A DNA stretch of 64,000 nucleotides from Andalucia godoyi And28 (GCA_009859145.1 VRVR01000001.1:16463-80462); one strand, 5' to 3'. Shown: positions 18,846 to 29,948, counted from the stretch's first letter. Numbers and translations are program-made. The notes: a model not told the origin generated them from the letters alone.

Positions 18846-19846
18846 ACTCTAGAGATTTACCGCAGCGGCCACTTCTCCACTACAACGAAACAATGGAAAT
18901 ATCTATACACAACGGCGTGTTTCAAAAATTGTAAATCGGAATTATTTATTCATTCCGCCCGTAATCCCTATGCCCACCCCGAGGCCGTTGAATAATAACA
19001 CGTCATTGCCATGCATATGGAAGTATACATAAACAGCCACGGTCAATGCTGGCCGACGCTAGCACGTTTGTTTCACAGGGGAATTCGTGCGTACGCACGC
19101 TCGGCCAGAATTCAGCCGGTGACACAGGCTCTGCATTTTCGACACTATTTAACGCAGCATCCGTAGCCATCTATTCTATCATTCGTTGGTTTCACTTTTT
19201 TTTTGGTTTCACTTTTTTATTCAAATATGGGCGAGAGTGCGCTGGGATGACGCATTCGCCTACGCCGCTCGATACAGGGCCTCCTAGGTCTCGCAGTCCT
19301 CCTAAGAGACCACGTGTCACTACGCCTGCTGCTAGGGCCGTCAGAATCAAAATGCACTCTTCTCAGGAACAACGTGTCACGCTGAGAAAGTGGCTCACCG
19401 ATTGATCGAGATTGGGAACGGAGCGCGGAACATCTATCTGAAGTGTGCCGTGAGGCGTGTTGGAGCCTATCCCCTTCCCGGCAACGAGATGCAAGATTGA
19501 ATATGCATGTCTATTCGTAGATATGCATGCTCAGTGTATAATGTAGGCGCAGCACCGGCAGTACAATGCTGTGCATGCTGAAGAGTAGACGATTTGTTGT
19601 AAAAGACGGACTGACATGCTGACTGACATGCAGTGACAATTTACTCTTTTCCGTAGAAGAGGACTTCGATTTTGTCCACTGCTTTGGGCTTTTTGGATCA
19701 TCGAGCTGCTTTTCGACTTCATTTCTTTGCTGGGTTTCGTTCGTGTTTCTGAGCTCTTGTCGTGTCGTTTTTCTTAATTTCCACATAAATTTCCTTTTTA
19801 TTTTATTTTTCTAGTTGAGTGAGCGTACGTGTCTGTACAAGTGTGC

Positions 19847-19895
19847 GAGTGCGAGTGCGAGTGTGAGTGTGAGTGTGTGAGTGAGTGTGAGTGTG
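19847..19895. repeat. (GAGTGC/GAGTGT)n hexamer tract
   Basis: Visible immediately upstream of the AP2S1 ATG. Confidence 0.9.
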
Positions 19896-19907
19896 TTATA
19901 TCCACAG

Positions 19908-20336
19908 ATGATTCGCTTTATTTTGCTTCAGAACCGCGCCGGAAAGACTCGCTTGTCAAAGTGGTATGTCCACTACGACGAAGAAGAAAAGGAGAAGCTG
20001 CGAACAGAAGTTCACCGCATCATCACTTCTCGAGACACCAAGTTCACCAACTTTGTCGAGTTCCGGAACTACAAGGTCATCTATCGCCGCTATGCCGGTC
20101 TCTATTTCACGGTGTGCTGCGACACCACAGACAATGAACTTGCATATTTCGAAGCCATTCACCTTTTTGTCGAGGTTCTCGATCGTTTCTTTGAAAATGT
20201 GTGCGAGCTCGACCTCGTCTTCAACTTCCACAAGGTGTACATGATTATCGACGAGATTTTCCTCGGTGGAGAACTCTGCGAAACTTCGAAACCTGTTATT
20301 CTCAGTCGACTCACCGATATCCAAAAACTCGACTAA
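19908..20336 (+). CDS. AP2S1: AP-2 clathrin adaptor sigma subunit
   Basis: 142 aa. [42 protein letters not shown] and [15 protein letters not shown]. The true ATG is at 19908. Confidence 0.96.
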   Translation: MIRFILLQNRAGKTRLSKWYVHYDEEEKEKLRTEVHRIITSRDTKFTNFVEFRNYKVIYRRYAGLYFTVCCDTTDNELAYFEAIHLFVEVLDRFFENVCELDLVFNFHKVYMIIDEIFLGGELCETSKPVILSRLTDIQKLD

Positions 20337-20601
20337 AATAAGAACAGTACGTGGATTGGTATGGGGGACAGGAAGATGATGATGGTCGTGGGATGCAGTG
20401 ATTTTGTGGTTGAGCACCGTTTTGCAGAGAGTCGTGTAAAATCAAAAGAAGAACAACCCCCGCAATAACGACAGCAAAAAATGAAATTCATATGGTCTTT
20501 AATGTGACCACTATCCATGGCTCGCTGCTCACTAAACAGCGATAATCAAGGTTTACCATCACCCCTTGCAACGGATGACGTGATACAATTCGACGGAATG
20601 A

Positions 20602-22152
20602 TCAGCACTCGCGCCATACCTTGATGGTTTTGTCGGCCTCGGCAGTGAACAAGCGCGATCCAGACATGTCAAAACACGTCGCGAGAATAGCGCGCTCGGA
20701 TTCCAACGAGCCGGGCTGCGGGATAGTCTGCAGCGATTGAAACAGAGCACCGGATCGCCAGTCCACCATGTGCAATCCTCCCGAGTCCGTGCCTATCGCA
20801 AGGACGTTGTCGGGCGATAGGGACATTGTGTGTATCAGCTTTGTCGATCCAGACGGAAGCCGGGATCCAACTGATGCTGACGTTGGCGCTGACGAAGAGG
20901 AAGAATTGCCATCGAACACCGATTGATCGACCACGGCCAGCGGCTGCTGATCTTCAAACGATCGAGTATTCCACGATCCCATGTCATGCATGTACACGGC
21001 CTGCTCACCCGTGTACTTCTTCACTGCATCTGCCGACGCGGCTGCAAACGTGTATTCGGAATGGTGCATGACAATTGATCTTATGCCGCGCTTGTGATGG
21101 GTGAGCACGAACCTGCACTTCCCAGCCACGATGTCCCACAACCGGATCGTCTTGTCAAACGATCCAGAAACGAGCTGTGGCTCGGCAGACTGCGACGCCA
21201 CCGTTGCGATCCCGTCTGCGTGCCCCAGAAGCGTATGAACACACGTCCTGGACCGCACATCCCACACTCGGACGGTCTTGTCTCTCGAACCTGTAAATAC
21301 GAGATCAAGCGACGGATGCACCGCCACCGCATACACACCCTGCGCGTGTCCAAAGAAGTCCCGGACGATTCGATTCGTCGTTAGATCCCAGTTGAGCACT
21401 CTGCGGTCTTCTCCAACTGAAAACAGGTATGGTCGATGAACCATCATTGCGAGTCCGCGAACCGTGGCTGTGTGGCCGTTCGTCAGCGAATGCCGCAGCA
21501 CTCCCGTTGCAACATCCCATACTTTGATCGTTGCATCCGCCGAGCCCGATGCAAACCATTCGTTTGAGACGGGATCAACACATAACGCCCGAACCCAGCC
21601 CTGATGGCCTCCAAGCACCCTATGAAGCTTCCACTGCGGATGCGCGACCGCACTCTCGGGCTCCAGATGAGACTTTCGCTGTGCCACAACCAGCGCATGC
21701 GACGACGCCTTGTACTTTTCCAAAAATGACTCGGGCTCCAAACACGACGGCGCATTCGACCTCGGACCACCGTGAGCATCACCCATGGAAACGAGTTCGC
21801 TGGAGTCTGAATGTTGTGGTCTCGGCTTCTTCGGTGGTGGTGGCGGTTGCGGTTGCGGTTGCGGTTGCGGCGGCGCCATCATCATCGCGTTCAAAGCAGC
21901 AGATTTTGACCCGCTTTCGACTTGTTCGACATCGCGATTCAAAGACGCAAGTCGGGTGCTAATTCCGTACACATTGCATTAAAAATAAAGAGAAAAAAGA
22001 ACAGAATTAGTTAAGGTGTAGTCCGGTTCGATAATTGAAGAAGGTGAATGAGTGCGTACATACAAACTCTTGATCGAATCTGCTGTCAATCGACATCCAA
22101 ACAGCAATTGTGTCTTTTTGCGAGATTGCTCCAGAATAACAGATGCATCCAT
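20602..22152 (-). CDS. PLRG1: Pleiotropic regulator 1 / Prp46 (NTC WD40 splicing factor), two exons: 22152-22064 and 21958-20602
   Basis: HPQWKLHRVLGGHQGWVR, NEWFASGSADATIKVWD, GHAQGVY..HPSLD and EADKTIKVW. The main ORF lacks a 5' ATG. Splicing a GTATGT..AG intron joins it in frame to MDASVILEQSRKKTQLLF, which resembles the PLRG1 SLKRTHDMF motif. 481 aa. Confidence 0.9.
21959..22063 (-). other. Spliceosomal intron (105 nt, phase 2) in PLRG1
   Basis: Donor GTATGT at 22063, TTAACTAAT branch-like motif, pyrimidine tract, and acceptor TAG at 21959. Removal restores the frame (TT+C = Phe). Confidence 0.8.
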
Positions 22153-22631
22153 GGCACACCGAAATGGTGAATCAATCAATCAATCAATCAATAAATAAAT
22201 AAATAAGCAACAGCAAGTCGAATGCAGTGATTTGACGAGTACGGAGCTCAGCGAAAATCAGCGGGGACGGGAAAAAGACGAAGAGAAGGGGGAGGCTTTA
22301 CGAAAGGAGGACCGAGACCAGCGACCTGAGAAGATGGGACAGGGAGTTCCTGCCTGGTGTGGTGCTGCCCAGTCGGTAGAAGTCGCTGGATCGATGAACC
22401 ACATGCTGCCCAGCAATCAGCAATCGCCAAAGTATGTTGAAAGTAGGCGAGTCTCTGGCACTCGGCATGTCACAAACGAGAGCCATATTTCCTGGTAATT
22501 TAATTTAATTTGAAAATTAATTATAGTAATTTTAATTATAATAGTTTTTTAGTTTTTTTTTTTTTGGTGGTGGCAAGTTCGAAAGTCGCAAGGCAAAGAA
22601 GCATGGTGATGATGATAAGATGGTACAATAT

Positions 22632-25600
22632 TTACAAAGGCGTGACGGCAGACAATAATCTTTCGAAACGGACGCGCTCATCAACAACCTGTCGCAGAAC
22701 CGTTGTTACGGCATCAATGGACTTGGTTTTCAGGGCAGCTTCGATCTCTGCACCAATCTTCGAAACAACGTGTTCCGCGGACTCCCCTTCCTCGGTTGGC
22801 AGAACAGGAGGCAGTGACGACACCGTGGGCTCCGGCAGTGCGTCGTCAACTCCCTCTTCCTCATCGGAAAAGGCAAAGAGATCCTCCAGTTCCGCAGGAG
22901 AGATCTGCAGAATAGATAACACTGAATCGTCAATCTTGCGAATCGTCTCTGCAGATCCGGCAACAGACGACGAGCGCTTGGACGACGATCGCTTCCTGGT
23001 GCTTCCTCTAGACTTTCGATCATACAATGTGTGCTCGGCCTGCTGCTGCTGCTGACTGCGCCGCAAATTCTTCGCTTCCTTGGATGCAGCCATGAGACGC
23101 GACGCTTGTTCCGAGACAAACTTGCGAATGACAGCCTTCCATCGCTCATGGGCATGGTCCACCGTGGCCTTGGCTACCTTGAGGGCTTCTTGGGTGGAGA
23201 CGAGCTGCTTCTCAAGGTTCTCTTTCTGCTGCTGCAAAGCCTCGGAATGCTCTGATTTGACCTTTTGTATATTCAAGAAGGATTCCTTGCGAGAAAGATC
23301 TTCCCGCGCACGCCTCGCCTTGTCAGCAGCCTCGTCTCGCTCCGCCTGTGTTTTCGACAGCTCTGCTTCGAGATTCTCCAGCTTGCTCTTGAGCACCTTC
23401 ATTTGAGTGTCGCGACGAGACAGGTCGTCTCGAAGCTTCTTTATCGCTTCGTCGTCTTTGGAAGACGATGCACCGCTGGATCCGGTCGCCACAGCTGTCG
23501 TCACAGACGAGGATTTCTCTAGCTTGTGCTTCAGCACATCCATCGCTTCCAATTTTCGAGCAAGTTCGGCTTTCAGAGTCTTGACCGAGTCCTTCAGTTT
23601 TGCAATTTGCTCTTCATATCCGGACTGCTTCGCGTTAAATTCCTTGGTTTTTGCATCCAGCTCTTGCTGAATCTCCTTGGTGCTGTCAGAGCCACGTGCT
23701 CGCATCGCTCGTTCACGATCCGCTGCTGCCTTCGACTCAGACAATGCAGCATCGAGTTTCTTCATCGTGACATTCAACAACGCAACTTCGCCATCCTTGT
23801 CAGAAAGCGCCTTCTTGGCTGCGTCAAGCTCCTTTTGCAAGGTCCTCATTGTTCCCGATTTCTTATCTCTTGCGGCCTCCCACTTTGCCTTTTCCTCGTC
23901 AAGATCCGCAACTTTCTTGACAACCGCAGAGTGTTCTGCCTCCTTCTCTCGCAACTTCGTGCGATTCGCCTGCAGCTCAGTCTCCAGCATTGCAATTCGC
24001 GAGTGGAGCCTTGCTTTCACAGAATCCTCCTTTTCCCGATACGACTCCCACTCGTTCTTCAATTTCTCAAGAGCAACCTGTCGGTGCGTGTCTACTTCAT
24101 CGCGGAGCTTTGCAATTGCAGAATCCATCTGCGAACGCGTTGAGAATTCCGTTTCGGAAGCACGACGATCACGATCCATCAGTTCCTTTTTCAAATACGA
24201 AATTCTGGATTCGAACTCCAACTTCTCCGTCTCGTGCGTAGCAAGCAACTGTGCGACCTCGGCCTTGAAATTTCGAATAAGGCTGTCTTTCTCGCGTGCA
24301 AACGAATCCACGGCATCCTGCAGGTCCGCTACTTGGTCTAGCCATTCTTTCTTTTCCGTTGCAAACTCCGCCCGAAGCTTGTCCGTCACACTCGTGGCGG
24401 CACTCAGCTTCTGCTCCAACTCCGCATTTCGCAGCTGAGATTTTTGAACAGATTCCTTTAACGACGATTCTTCCGCACCGGCAACCGTACATTGCGCATC
24501 TTTGTCCGCAACTGCGGCTTTCACGGTCTGGCAGCTCGTGGCTGCATGGGAATGCCGCTCGGTTTGGACCCCAGACTCCGCGTAAGACCGCAGCTCTGCC
24601 GCAGCGGCTGCCACAGATCCAATAATAGACGTTCCAGAAACACCCATCATTAGGCGCATGTCAGACAGCTTCTTTCGCAACAAATTGTTCTCACTTTCCA
24701 ACCGAGACACATCCTCCACGGCAGTGATTGACATGAGCGACGCAGAAACAGACGCAGAACTTGCCGACGACGCAGCAGATCGATGTGCCTTGACAGAGCC
24801 GGTCGCGGACGTCGAGGTCGACCGGCTCGACAACGGCACATCTGCCCCATGACCATTTTCCCGTAATTCACGAATGCGTTCATCCCGTTGGCTCAGCACT
24901 TGGCGAAGCTTGCTGACCTCTCTCTCCGCCGACTTCCATTTGGTCAGCGCATTGGCTTCCGCAATACGGGCAGAAGCAAGTTGTTTGGCCCACGATTCCT
25001 TATGGACGGTCACTGGTCCGCCACCAGAAGACACGGTACTTCCACCACCTTGAGACGCAAATGACTCCAGCGATTGGGTAAGCTTCTGCATCGCGAGATC
25101 CATGATGCCAATTTGCTCGCCCTTTTCTTCGGACTCGGACTGGAGCGTGTGGAGTTGTCGGGACAGTTTCCCAATCTCTCGCTGTGCTTCTTCGACAAGA
25201 ACACCACGTTCACGAAGAGTTCGTCGGAGCTCGTCAATTTCTCGCTGGAGATCATGTCGATCTGACTCATGCCGCTCTGATATCCGTGCCATGTCCGCAA
25301 GGTGCGATTCATTGCTTTCCTTCAGAGCCCTCTGAGAACTAGCTTCCAATTCGTCACGCTTTCTTCTGAACTCCTCCTGCGCATCCTTCAGCTTCTTTGA
25401 GACCGTGTCCGAAACCTGCTGTTCCAAATACTGTTCCAACACCTTGGTTTTCTCACGTTCTGCCTCCAGAATGGAACGAAGGACTTGGACTTCACGGAAG
25501 GATACAGAATCGATGCGTGCAGTGATCATCTCCATCATAGCGTCCGATTCTGGAGCAGAGTCCCCGACTGGAATGGATGACGCTGCCGGCGCATTCATGG

Positions 25601-28427
25601 AAACGGACGAATAGTCCGCAACTGAAGATGATGCTGCGGCATCCATGCTCAGGCTCGTGCTCTGACCACTCAGCTTTGCCAACATGGGGTCACATTCCCC
25701 AAACTGGCGCTGCTGCTGCTGTTGCTGCTGCATCGACAAGTTCAAAATGTTTCTCACTTGAGAAAGCTCCGATATCAGCGCATCACGCTCACGTTGCACA
25801 GACTTCATCTTATCCAGCAGGATGCGAGATGCTAGCTTCTCCGATGCAAGCTCCAAGGTGAGCTCCTTCTGGCTCTTGGTGACTCGACACATCTCTTTTA
25901 CGGACTCCTGCAGTTGCTCCTCGAATCGTCGCCAATCTCGTGCAGAATCAAGTGCCGACTCCGCAGCTCTCTTTTCCGCTTCGGACTCGTATCGCACGGC
26001 AAGATTCTTGATGTTGTTCTCCAACTTCTGAAGAGACAGTGTGCGATTGTTGAGCTCGGATTGCAGGAATCGAATTTGCGTGGACATTCTGCCCAAGTCC
26101 GCATTTCGTAAAGCATTGTGCGACATCAATTCTGTATTGCGCTTAACTAAGGATTCGTTCAGAGCAACAAGATCGCTCAGGTGCGACTGCGAATCCTGAA
26201 TCAGTCCAACAACTTGTGCCTCAGCAAGAGCTCGTAGTCGTGTATCTGTAAAGGCGTCCCGCTTCGACTTTGAGGAGGAAGACGACGAAGACGACGAAGA
26301 CCGCTCGTGACCAGAGTCCAAAGAAAAGTGCTGCAATGCGTGGGCAAGCTCGTCCTTCTCCAGCTTGATCGTGGTCTTTTCCCGGCTGAGCCTCTGCAAT
26401 TCCAAACGCGTGTCGTGATTGTGACGCTCCCAGACTTCGAACTTGCTTCTGAGTTCCGAGCGAAGCAAGTCTCGCTCTGTCTTGGTGGAATCGAGCTCGA
26501 CCAGCACCTCGAGATGCTCGTGTCGAACGGCTTCGAGTTCCAGCTTCAGAGATAAGGCATCGTTCATTGCGCGGTCTCGCTCCTCTTTGCGCAGAGACTC
26601 GCTCCTTTGAGACTGCAAGCGCATGGCTTCGGCAGCAAGAAGCTGACCACAAATGCGCACCATGTCCTCGTGAACAAGCATTGACTCTTCGGAGAGTGGA
26701 TCGCGCTGCATGGAGGCAATCGTGTCGACCATCACATTATTCTGAACTTTCAGTTCCTCGATCTGCGACAATGCATTTTCTAGCGGAGTCATGTACTGCA
26801 GCTCCAGCTCATTTCTGATCCGAGCTTTATGATGATCCAGAATGTGGGACCATCGAATCTCAAGATTTTCCACAGTCAACGACGCATTACATAGCTGCAA
26901 CTTTGGGGGGCTGTCGGCTGCATCGCTGTTCTGCGACGGCAGCACCATGGATTCCGTCGGCCGCATTGTCTTTTCCTTCTCCAGCTCGCCAATACGCTCT
27001 CTTGCATTGAGATACTCTTTCTCGAGCTTTGCATACGATTCCACAATCGTCGCATGATCCGAAACCGCGGACGCCAGCTTCTCATGGGCCTCCCTCAGCT
27101 CTTGATTCGTACGCTTGAGGTCCTCAATCCGAGCATCGCGCTCGTCCACCATCAACGACAAGGTTGCAATCATTTCCGAGTCTGCAGCCTTGGACGACGC
27201 AGACTGCGCCTCAGGAGCCGAAGCGGCCCCAGATACTGCGCTTGTCAGCGGTCTGTCTGTGCTGGAAGATAGGGCCCTCTTCTCCAAGCTTTGAATTCTG
27301 TGCTCCATCTTCTTCATACGATCCAGATGAAGTTCATTTTCAGCCCTCAGTCTGGCGGAGCACATTCTTTCCGCTAACAATTCATCTGCCATTTGAGCAA
27401 GATCCGCGTGCATGACTGTTCGCTTGGACAGCTGAGATTTGGCCTCCTCCAGAGTTCTGATCTTCACCGAATTCATTTCTCGTGCTTGCTTAAGCTCCAG
27501 TTCTGAACGATCGTATTCTCTCTGCAGCATCACCAGACGGTCCTGCAAATCATGCTCACGCACCGAGGACTTTTCGCGTATGTCCGACATTTGCATACGC
27601 AGCCGCAGAATCTCGCTCTCGAAGTCGGCGGTGGTGATTCCAAAATCTGACTGACAGGCTTGATTTTTGATTTTTCTCTTCTTGTTCGAGCCAGATTTCT
27701 TCTCTTCTTCTTCTTTCTGAAGGACCACGCTTTGGGCAGAACGTAGCAGCTCCTCCAGTTTGTACACTCTCGATTTCAGTTGTGCAATGTAGGCATCCTT
27801 GGCATCGTTTTCTGCGATCTTCTCAAGCGTCATATCCAAATCAGCCTCGAGTTTAGCATTCTTGCGCACCAGCACATCATAGCCCGCAACATCACTCTTG
27901 AATTTGCTCAATTGCCGATCCAATTCCGCAATGTGGGTTTGCCGAGACGATACTTCGTTCTGCAGCATCGAACACAGCTCCCGTTCCTTCTCCAGCGATA
28001 TCTCAAGCCGGCTATTTTCCGTCTTGAAATGCTCAACCTCACTTTTCAATTTCTTCAGAGAGTCGATTTCCGCATCCTTTTCCACAAGCAGCGCCAGCAC
28101 TCTTTGCGATTTCCTTTCAAAATCTGCGCGTTCTTCTGCCAACATGAGATCAACAAGCTGCTTCACCTGCGTGTGCTTATCCAGCTGAACATGCTTGTAC
28201 TGCTCAAGATGCGAAACCTGCGACTGCAAATTATCGACCAGCTCAGAAAGCCGAGTATTCTCTTTGCGAAGCGACTCTTCAACTGGAGATCTTTCAGACG
28301 AGTAGGATGGTGCGGATACTGGTGCTGGAGGAGCTGGAGGAGGGGGAGGAGGAGGAGGGGGACCAGCAGAAGGAGGAGGCGTCCGAGCCGCGCCAGTCTT
28401 CTTTCCCGGACCCGAACTTTCCAACAT
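22632..28427 (-). CDS. Giant coiled-coil centriolar protein, centlein-like
   Basis: 1931 aa uninterrupted heptad-rich ORF with an N-terminal poly-Pro tract. VDLMLAEERADFERKSQRVLALLVEKDAEI and C-terminal VLSILQISPAELEDLF resemble recalled centlein motifs. The CDS is secure; the identity is tentative. Confidence 0.6.
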   Translation of the reverse strand: MLESSGPGKKTGAARTPPPSAGPPPPPPPPPAPPAPVSAPSYSSERSPVEESLRKENTRLSELVDNLQSQVSHLEQYKHVQLDKHTQVKQLVDLMLAEERADFERKSQRVLALLVEKDAEIDSLKKLKSEVEHFKTENSRLEISLEKERELCSMLQNEVSSRQTHIAELDRQLSKFKSDVAGYDVLVRKNAKLEADLDMTLEKIAENDAKDAYIAQLKSRVYKLEELLRSAQSVVLQKEEEEKKSGSNKKRKIKNQACQSDFGITTADFESEILRLRMQMSDIREKSSVREHDLQDRLVMLQREYDRSELELKQAREMNSVKIRTLEEAKSQLSKRTVMHADLAQMADELLAERMCSARLRAENELHLDRMKKMEHRIQSLEKRALSSSTDRPLTSAVSGAASAPEAQSASSKAADSEMIATLSLMVDERDARIEDLKRTNQELREAHEKLASAVSDHATIVESYAKLEKEYLNARERIGELEKEKTMRPTESMVLPSQNSDAADSPPKLQLCNASLTVENLEIRWSHILDHHKARIRNELELQYMTPLENALSQIEELKVQNNVMVDTIASMQRDPLSEESMLVHEDMVRICGQLLAAEAMRLQSQRSESLRKEERDRAMNDALSLKLELEAVRHEHLEVLVELDSTKTERDLLRSELRSKFEVWERHNHDTRLELQRLSREKTTIKLEKDELAHALQHFSLDSGHERSSSSSSSSSSKSKRDAFTDTRLRALAEAQVVGLIQDSQSHLSDLVALNESLVKRNTELMSHNALRNADLGRMSTQIRFLQSELNNRTLSLQKLENNIKNLAVRYESEAEKRAAESALDSARDWRRFEEQLQESVKEMCRVTKSQKELTLELASEKLASRILLDKMKSVQRERDALISELSQVRNILNLSMQQQQQQQRQFGECDPMLAKLSGQSTSLSMDAAASSSVADYSSVSMNAPAASSIPVGDSAPESDAMMEMITARIDSVSFREVQVLRSILEAEREKTKVLEQYLEQQVSDTVSKKLKDAQEEFRRKRDELEASSQRALKESNESHLADMARISERHESDRHDLQREIDELRRTLRERGVLVEEAQREIGKLSRQLHTLQSESEEKGEQIGIMDLAMQKLTQSLESFASQGGGSTVSSGGGPVTVHKESWAKQLASARIAEANALTKWKSAEREVSKLRQVLSQRDERIRELRENGHGADVPLSSRSTSTSATGSVKAHRSAASSASSASVSASLMSITAVEDVSRLESENNLLRKKLSDMRLMMGVSGTSIIGSVAAAAAELRSYAESGVQTERHSHAATSCQTVKAAVADKDAQCTVAGAEESSLKESVQKSQLRNAELEQKLSAATSVTDKLRAEFATEKKEWLDQVADLQDAVDSFAREKDSLIRNFKAEVAQLLATHETEKLEFESRISYLKKELMDRDRRASETEFSTRSQMDSAIAKLRDEVDTHRQVALEKLKNEWESYREKEDSVKARLHSRIAMLETELQANRTKLREKEAEHSAVVKKVADLDEEKAKWEAARDKKSGTMRTLQKELDAAKKALSDKDGEVALLNVTMKKLDAALSESKAAADRERAMRARGSDSTKEIQQELDAKTKEFNAKQSGYEEQIAKLKDSVKTLKAELARKLEAMDVLKHKLEKSSSVTTAVATGSSGASSSKDDEAIKKLRDDLSRRDTQMKVLKSKLENLEAELSKTQAERDEAADKARRAREDLSRKESFLNIQKVKSEHSEALQQQKENLEKQLVSTQEALKVAKATVDHAHERWKAVIRKFVSEQASRLMAASKEAKNLRRSQQQQQAEHTLYDRKSRGSTRKRSSSKRSSSVAGSAETIRKIDDSVLSILQISPAELEDLFAFSDEEEGVDDALPEPTVSSLPPVLPTEEGESAEHVVSKIGAEIEAALKTKSIDAVTTVLRQVVDERVRFERLLSAVTPL

Positions 28428-29108
28428 CTTACTATTATTATTTTTTCCCCTCTCTTGTCTTTCGGTTTTCTTCTTCTACAATCACCAAGAAATCGCTGAC
28501 TGTTCCAAAAATGTGCTTTTTCTACCTCTTCTTCTTACTGATTTTGCAATGCTCTCTCTGATTATGCCTCGCAAAAGAAAAGAAAGAAAAAAAGAAATCA
28601 AGTAAAAAAGAAGAAAAAACAGAAAGAAGAAGAAGAACTGCAAATCCAAGAATAATTAGAATATCCTGGGAGTTCGGTGCACACAGATCCACACGATATT
28701 GAAATAGAGAGCGTTAAATTAAATATATATCAAGAAGAAGAAAAGGAAAAGGAAAAGGAAAACGTCCATGTTTTTGCTGCAAAATTTGGCGGGCAAAGCT
28801 GGAAGGGGGCCTTTTGGATCCGTCGCTCTTACAGTCGGTTCTCGAAGTGTTTTCTGATCATCCTTCCCAAGTTCCCAACGAGTCAACGACACAGAATGTC
28901 CAGATTTTTCTGCACACCGATTCCGAAGTACATTTTTCGAAAACGATTTCGCTCAGAAACGGGGAAGAAAACGTCGGATCGATAAGATTTATCTAATCAT
29001 TTTTATTGTGTTTTTACAGTTCCGTATATTTTCTAAAAAGATTTCCCACCCTGGATAGAAAAGAGAAAGAAAGAGAGAGAGAGAGAGAGAGAGAAGAGTA
29101 GGTGAGAT

Positions 29109-29948
29109 ATGGCTGATTCTGTAGAAGTAGAGTTGCAAAAGGTTCCGACGGCGTCGCAGCATGGTGTTGCTGGTGCGATTGCAGGAGTGATATCCTCTGT
29201 TCTTACGTTTCCCACGGATACCGTCCGGGCTCGTCTGCAAGTATTTGGCAGCGGCTCGATGAAGTACAAAGGCGGCACGATCTCCATAATTCGCGGAATC
29301 ATGAATGAAGAAGGATCTCGCGCGCTGTTTCGCGGCTTGACTCCCACACTATGTGCTCTTGCACCGTCAATGTGCATATTCTTTTCGACTTATGAGTATT
29401 TTAAAGGAGTCACAAACTCGCATGCCCTGTCTGCTTGCTCGTCCTGGATGATCATGTCAACGGCTACGAATCCGCTGTGGGTTGCCAAGCTTCGATTGCA
29501 GACGAAGCCTGCCGAGTACGCCCGTTTGCGAATGGTAGGCACTCTAAAGCACGTTTACAGAAGCGAGGGAGCAGCAGGGCTGTTTAGCGGCCTTCGTGCT
29601 TCGTGGTTTGGTGCGTCAACAGTAACGATCCAAATGTCATTGTATGAAAAACTAAAGGCTTCGACCACGCTTCCCATCCCGGTGTCGTCAGCACTATCAA
29701 TGGCAGTCGCGTCCATCATGACATATCCGTATGAAGTGGTTCGGTCTCGATTGCAAGTGGGCGTGGATCCGTCCATCATGGGGGCTTGCAGATCCATCAT
29801 GAACAGCGAGGCGGGCTGGAGAGGCTTCTACGCAGGACTTCGAACCAGTATGCTCCGCCTAACACTAGCATCCGGGATCACATTCACTCTGTATGAATCC
29901 ATCCTCAAGACGCTTTCCCAGGCGGACACAGACTCTCAAAGGTTGTGA
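29109..29948 (+). CDS. Mitochondrial carrier (SLC25), NAD+/folate/FAD-carrier-like
   Basis: 279 aa. Three Px[DE/W]xx[RK]xR repeats: FPTDTVRARLQ, NPLWVAKLRLQ and YPYEVVRSRLQ. The Trp in repeat 2 is typical of the NDT1/FLX1/SLC25A32 group. Confidence 0.9.
   Translation: MADSVEVELQKVPTASQHGVAGAIAGVISSVLTFPTDTVRARLQVFGSGSMKYKGGTISIIRGIMNEEGSRALFRGLTPTLCALAPSMCIFFSTYEYFKGVTNSHALSACSSWMIMSTATNPLWVAKLRLQTKPAEYARLRMVGTLKHVYRSEGAAGLFSGLRASWFGASTVTIQMSLYEKLKASTTLPIPVSSALSMAVASIMTYPYEVVRSRLQVGVDPSIMGACRSIMNSEAGWRGFYAGLRTSMLRLTLASGITFTLYESILKTLSQADTDSQRL

Noticed and set aside
19247-19405. 52 aa ORF ending SQEQRVTLRKWLTD, resembling homeodomain helix 1
   Set aside because: It stops before helices 2-3, and no splice or frame supplies a WFxNxR motif.
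19825-19907. Possible 5'-UTR introns: GTACGT..CACAG before the AP2S1 ATG, and GTATGT 38212..TTGCAG 38537 before ODAD3
   Set aside because: Not needed for either reading frame, embedded in GT-rich repeats, and untestable without transcripts.
20500-20604. Stop-codon readthrough or intron to extend PLRG1
   Set aside because: Downstream frames give no sequence resembling the conserved tail.
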